A stretch of 38,397 nucleotides of DNA from a virus. Lineage: Duplodnaviria > Caudoviricetes. The notes under the pieces are model-generated. The model worked only from the letters and a program-made list of their open reading frames with translations. It was not told the origin of the DNA and did no database searches. The position numbers and the translations under genes were made by a program. The stretch spans positions 1 through 38,397 of IMG/VR virus record IMGVR_UViG_3300014656_000065. One strand, given 5' to 3'. Position 1 is the stretch's first letter. Every line of letters begins with the position of its first letter. Positions 25,472 through 34,737 of the stretch are shown here, piece after piece.

Positions 25472-25888
25472 TTATGCGATTGTGTCAGCTCTCTCGTAGA
25501 ACGGACGCTGGATTACCAGCACTTCGTCTCCTGCCGTATCGCCGACCTCAAGGGCCTGGCCGACCACGTTGTAGGCCGTGGCTGCCGTCGTGCCTTTGAT
25601 GTCCACGGCTCCAGCGGCACCATCAGTTATCAGCCAGCAGCCGACAGTGATGTTCACGTCACCGGCGATCGCCTTCGTGATGTCGCCATCACGCGACAGG
25701 GCAACAGCCTCACCGACCAACGCGGCGTTCTGCGCGAACCCCACGAAGTTCGCGTCGTTATCGTTTGCCGCGACAACAACGGTCCCTTCTGCGTTCTGAA
25801 CACACGCGGCGTACTTTGTGATAGTCCCGCCCGCGGTGAAGGTCACCGGAGGTCCGTTTGCTATGCAAGGAAGTCCCATACTACTCAC
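25472..25888 (-). CDS. Capsid decoration/cement protein (DUF2190-like)
   Basis: FTAGGTITKY...VGFAQNAA..GEAV...ITVGCWLITDGAAGAV...VVGQALE. Confidence 0.78.
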   Translation of the reverse strand: MSSMGLPCIANGPPVTFTAGGTITKYAACVQNAEGTVVVAANDNDANFVGFAQNAALVGEAVALSRDGDITKAIAGDVNITVGCWLITDGAAGAVDIKGTTAATAYNVVGQALEVGDTAGDEVLVIQRPFYERADTIA

Positions 25889-25912
25889 CTCCTCTCAGGT
25901 GATATGCCGGTG

Positions 25913-26488
25913 TTATCTCACCAGCTCCTTGGCCAGCCTCTCGCGAGCCTGCTCCATTCCGTTGTGGACATCGCCGACCTTGCGGGTTGCTACCGCCGCG
26001 GCGTACTCCTCGATCTCCTTCTCATCGGCCTTGCCGATAAGGCCGAGCTCAGCCATCTCGACCTTCAGGTTGCTCTTCGCTCTGGCGGCAGTGAGCTCCT
26101 TGGCCTCATCCTTGCCATCCTCGCCGTCGCCATGCTCGCCTCCGAGGTCCATGACCTTCGGGAGCTCTTCGAACATCGCCTTCATCGTGATCATCTCGGC
26201 GTCGAGATCGACGGCATCGGTGAGCGCCTTCGCGTAGATGCTATTCTGCGCGGGGATCAGCTTACCAGCCTTCGTCTGCTCTTCAAGGAACAAGGCGATC
26301 TTCTCGTCCTTCGCCTTGGCGGCAGCCTTGCCTTTGGCGTCCTCCTCGACTTTGATCTTGGCCTCGAGTTCCTCGACCTTCGTCTTGAACTCATCGACCG
26401 TATCGACGTTGGCCTTCTCGGCAGCCTCGAGCTTCTCCTTTACGGTCCGGAGATTCTCCTCGTACTGCTCTCTGATTTTTTCATCCAT
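25913..26488 (-). CDS. Nested in-frame scaffolding protein (Mu gpZ-like)
   Basis: Internal AAGGAGGTGA (~26496-26505) upstream of the in-frame ATG of MDEKIREQ. Confidence 0.65.
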   Translation of the reverse strand: MDEKIREQYEENLRTVKEKLEAAEKANVDTVDEFKTKVEELEAKIKVEEDAKGKAAAKAKDEKIALFLEEQTKAGKLIPAQNSIYAKALTDAVDLDAEMITMKAMFEELPKVMDLGGEHGDGEDGKDEAKELTAARAKSNLKVEMAELGLIGKADEKEIEEYAAAVATRKVGDVHNGMEQARERLAKELVR

Positions 26489-27067
26489 TTCGTTGTCACC
26501 TCCTTCGTCATCAGGGTCCTTTATTGCGGGCTTCTCAGGGTCCTCTTCGAGTTCGAAGGGGCCCTCGAGTTCTATGTGAACTTCCTCCACGTCATCGCCT
26601 CCGCTGGCGTACAGCGCGGCGACATCTTCGATCTTCAGCGGTAGAGTATTTGCCGCAGGATGAACTGCGCCGAGAAGCGCAATGCCGGCCAGGAACTTGC
26701 CGCGTACCTTGTCGGCAACTGTATCGTTCCACTTTAGCCACATCTCGATAGACGGACGGCGATAGGCGCCCTTGACGATCAGGTCGCGTACTACCTGAGT
26801 GAGTTCCGAGAGGTCTGCTACAAGGCGGTTGCCAACCTTGCGGATATTCGTCAGGACGCCGAAGCTGGGGATCCCGGCATCGCTCTCTTCCATCTTCTTC
26901 TTGCTCGTATGAGAACCGAGCACGATGTACGGCGCGAAGCGATCCTTCGTCTCCTCGTAGTTAGCGACCAGCTCATCGAGGTCCTCTTCGGTGATCTTTG
27001 TCGCGCCCTGATGCCAGACTCCGGCCTCTACTATCGGCACGTTCTTGATCGTGTACTTCTTGCTCAT
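25913..27067 (-). CDS. Prohead protease/scaffold (Mu gpI-like)
   Basis: IVEAGVW...ITEEDLDELVANY, LGSH, GAYRRPSIE, LAGIALLGAVHPA; acidic coiled-coil C-terminal half. Confidence 0.85.
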   Translation of the reverse strand: MSKKYTIKNVPIVEAGVWHQGATKITEEDLDELVANYEETKDRFAPYIVLGSHTSKKKMEESDAGIPSFGVLTNIRKVGNRLVADLSELTQVVRDLIVKGAYRRPSIEMWLKWNDTVADKVRGKFLAGIALLGAVHPAANTLPLKIEDVAALYASGGDDVEEVHIELEGPFELEEDPEKPAIKDPDDEGGDNEMDEKIREQYEENLRTVKEKLEAAEKANVDTVDEFKTKVEELEAKIKVEEDAKGKAAAKAKDEKIALFLEEQTKAGKLIPAQNSIYAKALTDAVDLDAEMITMKAMFEELPKVMDLGGEHGDGEDGKDEAKELTAARAKSNLKVEMAELGLIGKADEKEIEEYAAAVATRKVGDVHNGMEQARERLAKELVR

Positions 27068-27123
27068 CTCCTGCCTCCCGCTATCGCACCACAAGTCATT
27101 CCGTCAAGTGGTGCCAGTAGATA

Positions 27124-29427
27124 CTAATTCGTCCTCAGTAATGGCTTCCTGCCCCCCGGCTGAAACTGATGTTTCGATCCCGCCGGGATTCCTTTTATCT
27201 CATATGCTTCGCCTCTTACTATCGGCACTATGATCGTCCTGCAGTTGTAGTGATACGGCGGCCATCCATATGCGGCGAGCTCATCCTTGCTCACTATCCT
27301 CTGATCAAGACCTGCGCAGAGGTCTGTCGTGTACGCATCCATCACGGCGCTTATCATGTACGCCTCGACCTCATTTGCTACATCGGCGTCCTCGAATGAT
27401 TCCCTGCGCCCGGCGCTGAGAGCATCGGCGATGTTCGTCTCGACGACCGTCTTGATATGCCACGCCTCTGAGACAGCGCCGCCCTTGAGCTCTCCGGTCT
27501 CGACGTACTTATCGAAGATGGCTTTTATCTCTGCCTCTGCCTTGTAGGCGTTCCCCTCCCTGATCCCCTTGTAGATCGCCCGCTTGCACTCGGCGAGGAT
27601 CTTCTGACTCTCCACGCCAGCGATCGAGAAGGCGTTCTGCGTGTATGGAACCAAGTCGCTGGCCGCTACTTTCAGGCCGAGGTCCTTGAAATACTTCATC
27701 GCTTTGGCCGGTGGGAGCGGCTCGAGGAGTATATCAATTGAATCAATGTCGGCCAGCTCGATCCGGCCGCTTATAGTGTCTTTGATCTCTCTCGCTGCTT
27801 CCCACCGACCATTAAGGTACTGCGTTACCAGCGTGCCCGAGAGCAGTCTCTGTATCTCTCCGACCTTGCGAAGACTCAGCTCCGCAACGCCCCTGTTGTT
27901 CTTCTCTTCTATCAGCCGCCTCTTGCGGATCACCTTTATTAATGTGTCCCTCTGGTCCAGCGCGATCGCCCGCCAGCCTCCGATAGCCTGCTCCTCGAGA
28001 GAATCCAGCGACGACTCCAGCGCGGCGAAGTTCACCTTGCGCTCTATCGGCAGCAGCTTCCGGCTGAGGCCGGCGGAGAAGACAAGCTCCTCCGCCTCTG
28101 CCTTCGCCGGGGGGTCCTGCTTGTCAGCAGGTGTAAATCCAGGCGTCTGCTTTCTGTTCTCCTCGGGCCTCTCGCTATGCGGTGCGGCCAGCAGCTTGGA
28201 AACCCATTCTCTGTGTTCGTCTGTGATATCTTCAGGGTTGAATATGCCGGCCGTTATCGCCCCGTAGAATGCCGTCAAAGCCTCGGTTGCCTGAGCTGTG
28301 CTCAGCGGCTTGAACACAAATCTCGGAAGCGGATAGTCAGCGCCGAAGTTCAGGATCACCAGCGGCCGGATAATGCCGTCCCTGATTACACGCTGCGCAT
28401 CCGCAGCCATCGACTGGAGGACCCACTGATAGACGTCCAGGTGAGTCTTGCCGAGAGCATACGACCCTTGCGGTTTCGCAGAAAAGCCGAGCAGGTCAGG
28501 AGTCAGAAGCCGGCGGGCCATGTAGATATTAAATCGGTCTATTGCCTGCGGGTATGTCTGGCCCGCAGCGCCGTTTGATTCCTTCAGGTCTATCGTCACG
28601 TCCTCGGGGTGCATGAACCACGTACCAGACGCCGCGCCCTTGAGCATCTTCTTGAGCTCTTCCTGCTCCGGCGCGGTGACCTTGCCGTTGAATGCGGCGT
28701 CGAGGAATCCGCTCGCCGTGCGCTCGCCATAGATGCCCCAGAACCTGCGGAAATACTTCTTCATGATGTACCAGGGATAACACGGCTCGACATCGCTGTT
28801 GCCGTAGGGGCTGCCCCAGTCAGAATTATACGCGTAATGCATATACTTCGCATACGGCAGGGGCTTCGGCCTTCCGTATCCGGCCGTCTGAATGACACCC
28901 ATATCAGCGACGCGCTTCCCCTCTTTGAGCTTGAATTGGAACTGATGGGGCTTCATCGGCACGATACGTTCGTAGGCAACATTGCCGCTATACGGACCGT
29001 CATCGACATAGACCAAGACCTTCTCCTGGAGTGAGAAGCCGTAATCGTTGGCCGTGTAAAGGTGCCGCAGCATCTCCGATACCGGCGTGTCACAGAACTC
29101 GTAGATGCTCCAGCGTATGGACTCCGCTACCCTCATGTCTACGTTCGAATCCGACGCGGCCTCAATGTCGGTAAGTGTCGACAGCCTGGCCGCCTTTCTC
29201 ATCGTCAGGAACGAGCCGATAGCATCGTCTTTTCTCATCTCATCGATGATGCCGTATCCCTTGCGCTTTATCAGGTCAGCCGGGTTGCCGAGCAGCTCGC
29301 CGAAGAGCTCATCTGAAAAGGCGCCGAGAGATATATCCTTGCCGATATGCTGCTCCTCGACGGCGACCGCCTTTTCTGCCGGTTTCGTGAGTGCCGAGAA
29401 TGCCAGTTTAACGCGGTCTTTAAGCAT
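27124..29427 (-). CDS. Portal protein (DUF935/Mu gp29-like) fused to a Mu gpF-like minor head domain
   Basis: N-terminal EMRKDDAIGSFLTMRK, YGFSLQEKV, SPYGNS, GSYALGKTH, IIRPLVILNFG; C-terminal SAVMDAYTTDLCAGLD...PPYHYNCRTIIVP. Confidence 0.88.
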   Translation of the reverse strand: MLKDRVKLAFSALTKPAEKAVAVEEQHIGKDISLGAFSDELFGELLGNPADLIKRKGYGIIDEMRKDDAIGSFLTMRKAARLSTLTDIEAASDSNVDMRVAESIRWSIYEFCDTPVSEMLRHLYTANDYGFSLQEKVLVYVDDGPYSGNVAYERIVPMKPHQFQFKLKEGKRVADMGVIQTAGYGRPKPLPYAKYMHYAYNSDWGSPYGNSDVEPCYPWYIMKKYFRRFWGIYGERTASGFLDAAFNGKVTAPEQEELKKMLKGAASGTWFMHPEDVTIDLKESNGAAGQTYPQAIDRFNIYMARRLLTPDLLGFSAKPQGSYALGKTHLDVYQWVLQSMAADAQRVIRDGIIRPLVILNFGADYPLPRFVFKPLSTAQATEALTAFYGAITAGIFNPEDITDEHREWVSKLLAAPHSERPEENRKQTPGFTPADKQDPPAKAEAEELVFSAGLSRKLLPIERKVNFAALESSLDSLEEQAIGGWRAIALDQRDTLIKVIRKRRLIEEKNNRGVAELSLRKVGEIQRLLSGTLVTQYLNGRWEAAREIKDTISGRIELADIDSIDILLEPLPPAKAMKYFKDLGLKVAASDLVPYTQNAFSIAGVESQKILAECKRAIYKGIREGNAYKAEAEIKAIFDKYVETGELKGGAVSEAWHIKTVVETNIADALSAGRRESFEDADVANEVEAYMISAVMDAYTTDLCAGLDQRIVSKDELAAYGWPPYHYNCRTIIVPIVRGEAYEIKGIPAGSKHQFQPGGRKPLLRTN

Positions 29428-30997
29428 TGATTACATCCCGCATAAAATCCTCGTGTCCGCCGCAGAGCTCGTTAAGCTCGATGTGGCCTTCGTCGACATT
29501 AGAACCGCCAGCAGCGATATTGAAATCAGCATGCATAGAATTCGCATTGATAGCATGGATCCCCAGCGCCTGAGAGATAGCAACATCAGCGTGATGCTTC
29601 TCTTTCCTGTGAACGTAATAGACGGTCCTGCCCGCTTCGGTCTGCTTGCGCTTTATCGAATGTATCTGCTGGCGACGATCCGGGTCCGGTACGAGCTTGA
29701 TCTTCGAGTGCGAGATCCGGCTTGCATACTCATCGATGATTCCGCTGCGCCGATAATGCTCCGTGCTTACCGGGATCGCGCGGCCAGGGAACTCCTCCTC
29801 GAGCGTCTCTGCCATCTCGCGGCCAAGACCGTTCATATCGATACCTATTTTCAGGGTCGTCAGTTCATCTTGCAGCAGCCTGCGCAGCCGCCTGGTCTGC
29901 TCCGGCAGAGGCACGTTATGGTGACGCTCTTTGTATATCTCTGTCGCGAAATCGCTCCGCTCCTGATAGCCAAAGATCGTGAGCTCCGATGCGTTATCAG
30001 TACGCCCGACATCGTAGCCGGCAAAGAGCGCCGAGCCCGTGTCCTGCGCGTACTTCGCTACGGCCTTCGTTGTCGCCAGGAAGTGATGCTTCGGGTCAGA
30101 CGAGACGGCAAGTATCTGCTCCCAAGGGATCACCGCAGCGCCGGACTTGATCGCCTTCAGCTCGAACTCCTGCTGGAAGTCCTCGAGTGGGAACATGGCG
30201 AACGTGATCCTCAGGCGATCAGAGCCGAACTCCATCACCCGCTCCTGCGTCGTCATGTGCGGTGCGAGCTTCTTGACCTCGAAGCGATTTAGCCGAGCCT
30301 CGGGGTTGAGCAGCCAGGGGACATCCCACCAGAAACACTCAGCCTTACGGAACGCCCTGGCAAGCAGCTTCTTCATCTTCTCATCGCCCGGGAAGAGCTT
30401 CTCGAAGTCCATATTGAAGAAATCCCAGAAGGGGCCGCTGTCGCGGTTGACGGTGCCGCCTATCTTCATCCTCGACTTGCCTTGGATCACGTTCGGCGCA
30501 GAGTCCTGAATAGTTCCCTTCAGGTCGGGGATATGGTCGGCCTCATCGATCTTGATGTAGATGTTCCGGCCCGGCATACCCCTTGCGCGAAACGTCGCGA
30601 TGATCTCGCTATAGCGCCCCTTGCCGTGACTGAACCGGAGCATCATCCGGTTCTTCTCGACCAGAGGCCTTTGCGCGGCCGGGTGTACCCCGTGATAGAA
30701 CCGCAGGCACTCTTCGATCTTCTTGTACGCATTCTCAAGACTCATCGAAACGAAGTAGATAGACAGGTCCGGGATCAGGTGCGCCTCGGCGACTGACTCA
30801 CGAGTCAGCCCGTGACTCCACCCGCAGCGCCGCGACTTTCTCTTCGCGTAAAAGAGCACGTTGTCGGGCAGGTTCATGTCGGCTTCCTGCTCCGGGTAGA
30901 ATAGACCGTCGGCGCTATCGAGCACGACGCCCCGACACCATCCGGCCGGTGTGCGCAGGATCTCTCTCTGCCTTGTGCTAAGGTAGCGTTTCTTCAT
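29420..30997 (-). CDS. terL: Terminase large subunit (Mu gp28-like)
   Basis: KSRRCGWS Walker A variant, IKIDEADH Walker B, FQQEFE, AGYDVGRTDNAS, IDMNGLG, HADVAIS. Confidence 0.9.
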   Translation of the reverse strand: MKKRYLSTRQREILRTPAGWCRGVVLDSADGLFYPEQEADMNLPDNVLFYAKRKSRRCGWSHGLTRESVAEAHLIPDLSIYFVSMSLENAYKKIEECLRFYHGVHPAAQRPLVEKNRMMLRFSHGKGRYSEIIATFRARGMPGRNIYIKIDEADHIPDLKGTIQDSAPNVIQGKSRMKIGGTVNRDSGPFWDFFNMDFEKLFPGDEKMKKLLARAFRKAECFWWDVPWLLNPEARLNRFEVKKLAPHMTTQERVMEFGSDRLRITFAMFPLEDFQQEFELKAIKSGAAVIPWEQILAVSSDPKHHFLATTKAVAKYAQDTGSALFAGYDVGRTDNASELTIFGYQERSDFATEIYKERHHNVPLPEQTRRLRRLLQDELTTLKIGIDMNGLGREMAETLEEEFPGRAIPVSTEHYRRSGIIDEYASRISHSKIKLVPDPDRRQQIHSIKRKQTEAGRTVYYVHRKEKHHADVAISQALGIHAINANSMHADFNIAAGGSNVDEGHIELNELCGGHEDFMRDVINA

Positions 30998-31005
30998 CTA
31001 ATCTA

Positions 31006-31116
31006 TCACCGGCCTGGGATCTGGTTTAGTGTCGTCGCATTCGCGCACTTAACACCGACCGCGAGCAGGACCAGCGCGGCGATGAACCAGATGCTGACCG
31101 ACTTGGTTCTACTCAT
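31006..31116 (-). CDS. 36-aa ORF consisting almost only of a signal peptide (possible remnant)
   Basis: GGAGG RBS; MSRTKSVSIWFIAALVLLAVGVKCANA-TTLNQIPGR. Confidence 0.45.
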   Translation of the reverse strand: MSRTKSVSIWFIAALVLLAVGVKCANATTLNQIPGR

Positions 31117-32917
31117 AGCCGCCCTCCGTCACATGCTGGTTCGGGAATCTCCTGCCGAGCGTTCGGTCATAGTTGATATCGTCTATGAACGTGTACCCGA
31201 ACGGCACTATTCCGGTCGTGGCATACTGCGTGTTGGCCTGGATATACGCGCAGATGTTGTTATTCCAGTTCACCTGCGTTACCAGTTCCTTGAGTGCCCA
31301 TAGCAGATTAGACTTGGAATAACTCGACAACGCGGCGCGGGCGTATTCATTGTCAGTTCTTGCGCCCCAACTCTTAATCCCCCACGAAAGCGTCGGAGTA
31401 TACGCAGCTCTGTTCGCTACGTCCCATACCCCCGCACTGGATATTTTCAGCTTATCGGCATATATCCCAAGCCTGCACGCCATGCATTCTTTGAGCAGGA
31501 TAGCCGCACCGGTAGCCCTTTGATCGTCGGTAATAGAATCATCACCAGCCGTGCAGTATTCATCATACGCATAGTGAGCCATCGCCCTGACTTCAAACAG
31601 ATGGTCGTTGTAGTAAAACCGCTGCGTTGATGTCAGCCCATACTCTTCATAAGGCCAGCCGATAGCCTTACTGTCCGCGCCATACGTATTCGTGCCCCAA
31701 CACCGAAGCGATCTAATACCCATATAATCCAAGTCGCTGATTATTTCGGGCAGATTAAACGCATCGTGTACATCATCGCCGCCGAACCGCCCGTCAAACG
31801 CGAAGAAACTCGTAGTATCTACGTTGCCCGACAGGGTTGCATCGCTAGCTATGGTATCGAACATCGCCTGCATAGCCGCGCGTCTCTCGCTGGATGTGTG
31901 GTCGGTCTTGTATCCAATGACATCGTTATTGAACCCCACCCCACTAACGCGGAATATATCGCTATTGGCAAACAGTTTCTCAATGACGCCCGTAACGGTT
32001 CCCCAATTATCGTAGTAATGTTCATCCAGACTGAACTCGGCTTTGAAATCGTTAGCTATCATCCAGTTCATACATTCGTGTATCGCCGCAGCCAGCCCCG
32101 TCGTATCGCTGCCGTCATACCACGATGTCGCCACGTTACCCAAAAACGATTCAAAGTACGTGGAGATCCTAATAGGCTCTATCTTTTCAAACGCCGCTAT
32201 GATATCAACCCAATGCGGTGTCTGCCACGATTCACCCGCATACGACATGCAGTAGACTTCGTGCCCGTTGTACTTCTCATATTTCCAGAATCCGCACGCC
32301 ATTGTATCGCCAGTGGTGGTAACGGTGTTAGATATCCACACGAGTGGATCTAAGTCAACGGCAGTCGCTATTAGTTGGTTTTCAATCGCAACCTTCGGAC
32401 AATCCTTCGTCTGCGCATGTCCGGTAGAAAATATGCTGTCACCAGAGCAGTTCTCCCATGACGAATTATCCGATATCTCGTCATTGTTAAACGTAACCGC
32501 GCCGGTCGAATCAAAGGTTGAACCAGCACCGACAAATATATATTCAGGCGATGGGAAAAACATCGGGATAGTAAACAGCGTATCACTCGGCCCGAGGTAC
32601 TTGCCTATCCTGCCACACCCCTTCGTATTCATCTCTGTATACGAGGATGTGCCCGTATCTATGTCCGGCAGATTCAGTAGTATCGCTAGCGTATAATCCG
32701 ACATAGTGAGCGCGGCAATGCCAGTTGAATCCCTCAGTGATACGGCATAGTAGTCGAACCCAAGTATCTTCTGCATGACACTGAACCGCGCATTCACATA
32801 TCCAGTCTGAGCGTTACAGTCGGAAGAGGGCGGCTCGCCGTACAGTACCAGTATCTTCGCCGACACCGGAGCCGCCAGCATCAGACCCGCGAGCAGGATC
32901 AGTATTAGTTTCTTCAT
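31109..32917 (-). CDS. Large secreted protein, possibly with a degenerate polysaccharide deacetylase-like domain
   Basis: Signal peptide MKKLILILLAGLMLAAPVSA; ~600 aa; visibly more AT-rich than its neighbours; the fold guess is tentative. Confidence 0.7.
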   Translation of the reverse strand: MKKLILILLAGLMLAAPVSAKILVLYGEPPSSDCNAQTGYVNARFSVMQKILGFDYYAVSLRDSTGIAALTMSDYTLAILLNLPDIDTGTSSYTEMNTKGCGRIGKYLGPSDTLFTIPMFFPSPEYIFVGAGSTFDSTGAVTFNNDEISDNSSWENCSGDSIFSTGHAQTKDCPKVAIENQLIATAVDLDPLVWISNTVTTTGDTMACGFWKYEKYNGHEVYCMSYAGESWQTPHWVDIIAAFEKIEPIRISTYFESFLGNVATSWYDGSDTTGLAAAIHECMNWMIANDFKAEFSLDEHYYDNWGTVTGVIEKLFANSDIFRVSGVGFNNDVIGYKTDHTSSERRAAMQAMFDTIASDATLSGNVDTTSFFAFDGRFGGDDVHDAFNLPEIISDLDYMGIRSLRCWGTNTYGADSKAIGWPYEEYGLTSTQRFYYNDHLFEVRAMAHYAYDEYCTAGDDSITDDQRATGAAILLKECMACRLGIYADKLKISSAGVWDVANRAAYTPTLSWGIKSWGARTDNEYARAALSSYSKSNLLWALKELVTQVNWNNNICAYIQANTQYATTGIVPFGYTFIDDINYDRTLGRRFPNQHVTEGGYE

Positions 32918-32919
32918 GG

Positions 32920-33690
32920 CTACCACACCTTAAAAACAGTCGAGGTGACTCCGACCATCGTCGAACCAGCGTAGAGGCGGTTGTATAAATACCCAGCCGC
33001 AACGCTGCCCTCAATCGGGATCTGATATGTAAAATGATTATCAGGATAATCGCTCACGTCTACGGCAAGCGTATCAATCCCAGTAACAGGGACAACGCCA
33101 TCAGACCAGAACACACCAAACTTATTTATAGTCGAGTCCGCAGCCGACATGCCGAACATCACCTCAACCGCGAAGTCAGTCGTACCAGCATCCCACTCCA
33201 CGTCGAGCAGCAACGCCCGGCACCCGCTCACAGCAGAGCCAACACTGTTTGTAGTCGTAGCAGTCGGAGCAGACGTAGACCACTCCGAGATCAGCACAGC
33301 CTGCGAAGTCGTGACGGGTAAGGGAGACGTAGGATTAGGCGGGGCGTAAGACTTGTGCGCCGCCGCCACATCTCGAGATAGAAACTCATTCCAGTCGACC
33401 AGCACAGCGGTCGCAGAAGAACGATCCACACCGATCGCATCGCATAATATCGTCGGCTCCCAGGTCATCCCCGCCAGTACCATCACCGTATCGAGCGCCA
33501 CCGAATCCAGGTACAGCGTCACCTCGATGTCAGCCGAATACGCCAGGATCGAAAACTGCCGCACAGCAACACCCGAATTAAACGTCACGGTGTAGTCAGT
33601 CCCGCCAGCCACACGGTAATTAACACCAGCCAACACCCCCGCCGGCCATATCACCAGCACCGCCATCAATACCAAAATCATCCTACGCAT
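32920..33690 (-). CDS. Secreted beta-rich hypothetical protein
   Basis: Signal peptide MRRMILVLMAVLVIWPAGVLA; two beta-rich segments joined by a Pro/Thr linker. Confidence 0.7.
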   Translation of the reverse strand: MRRMILVLMAVLVIWPAGVLAGVNYRVAGGTDYTVTFNSGVAVRQFSILAYSADIEVTLYLDSVALDTVMVLAGMTWEPTILCDAIGVDRSSATAVLVDWNEFLSRDVAAAHKSYAPPNPTSPLPVTTSQAVLISEWSTSAPTATTTNSVGSAVSGCRALLLDVEWDAGTTDFAVEVMFGMSAADSTINKFGVFWSDGVVPVTGIDTLAVDVSDYPDNHFTYQIPIEGSVAAGYLYNRLYAGSTMVGVTSTVFKVW

Positions 33691-34333
33691 CAACTGCCTC
33701 CTTCTCCTGATCATCTTCGATCTCCTCAGCCGCCAGATCCCCAGCGACCCCGAGCTCCATAAAATCCCTCTCACACCGCGTCTCGCTGTAATGATCCTCG
33801 CCGCCAGGTATCACCCCGCCACAATGCGGACACACCACGTCCGGCACCGGCACACGGTCGTCGAGCTGATCGTAATAATCCTTCGGTACATCCTCGGCTC
33901 GCTGCGGGATCGACAGCACCGCCTTCTCCGCATTCACCAGCTGTAGGATCTGAGCAGTCGATATAGCCTTGCCCCCACGCTGCTTCCGCTCTAACTTCTC
34001 CTTCTGCCCCCGGATCAGCCGCAACGTCGCATCAAGTGATTCACTCGGGTTATAATCACCCCCGACATACTCGACCGCTGCATCCTCGCCCACATCCTCA
34101 AGGCATAAACTCAGATCAAACCCCCCCGTAGATATCGCCCCATTGAGCCGCTTCATATACCGGATCACAACCGTCCGCGACATCTCCAGCCGCTTCGAGA
34201 TCCCAAGATTCGAAATACCAGGCTCACTCGCTACCAGCCGCGCAATCGCCTCCATCCGATCGAAGTCCACCTCAGGCTCACCCTCTACCGCCTCACAGAC
34301 CCCATACCTGTTCAGCGCTTCTGCAATCGTCAT
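33683..34333 (-). CDS. HTH protein, probable terminase small subunit
   Basis: PGISNLGISKRLEMSRTVVIRYMKRL HTH; CPHCGG; first gene of the late operon upstream of terL; alternative start at 34384. Confidence 0.55.
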   Translation of the reverse strand: MTIAEALNRYGVCEAVEGEPEVDFDRMEAIARLVASEPGISNLGISKRLEMSRTVVIRYMKRLNGAISTGGFDLSLCLEDVGEDAAVEYVGGDYNPSESLDATLRLIRGQKEKLERKQRGGKAISTAQILQLVNAEKAVLSIPQRAEDVPKDYYDQLDDRVPVPDVVCPHCGGVIPGGEDHYSETRCERDFMELGVAGDLAAEEIEDDQEKEAVDA

Positions 34334-34359
34334 ACGCGTGAACACTGAATTCTGCCCAT

Positions 34360-34402
34360 CGGATTTAGGGGGTACACACACCATTTAGACCCCCCTCCCC
34401 TC
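34360..34402. other. Candidate packaging (cos/pac) site
   Basis: G/C runs forming an inverted repeat gggggt...accccc plus ctcccc directly upstream of the terS-like gene, at the skew inversion. Confidence 0.35.
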
Positions 34403-34737
34403 TGTGATTTTCAGCGCCAGTAAAGGGTTGTAGCACTCCGAGACCAGGCTCAACCACCTGATCTGCCGCAGCTTTGCTGACATAGTGCTGATATGGCGCA
34501 GGAGCCAGCAGCGAACCGACGCTAACTCAATGGATTGTATGAGGATTGACAATGCTGATATAACAGGTGGTGCCAGATAGTAAAGAAATAGGCCGTTGAT
34601 AATCCCGGCTATGTGTCCAAACGGACACGTCTTAAAAGGCCGTAACTGCTGTAGGTATCCCCTCTTAACTCCAAGAACCACGGGTAGTAGCTCCAATTGA
34701 TAATGATTCTGCCGCTTCTCCCTGTGGTTCGAGGGGG

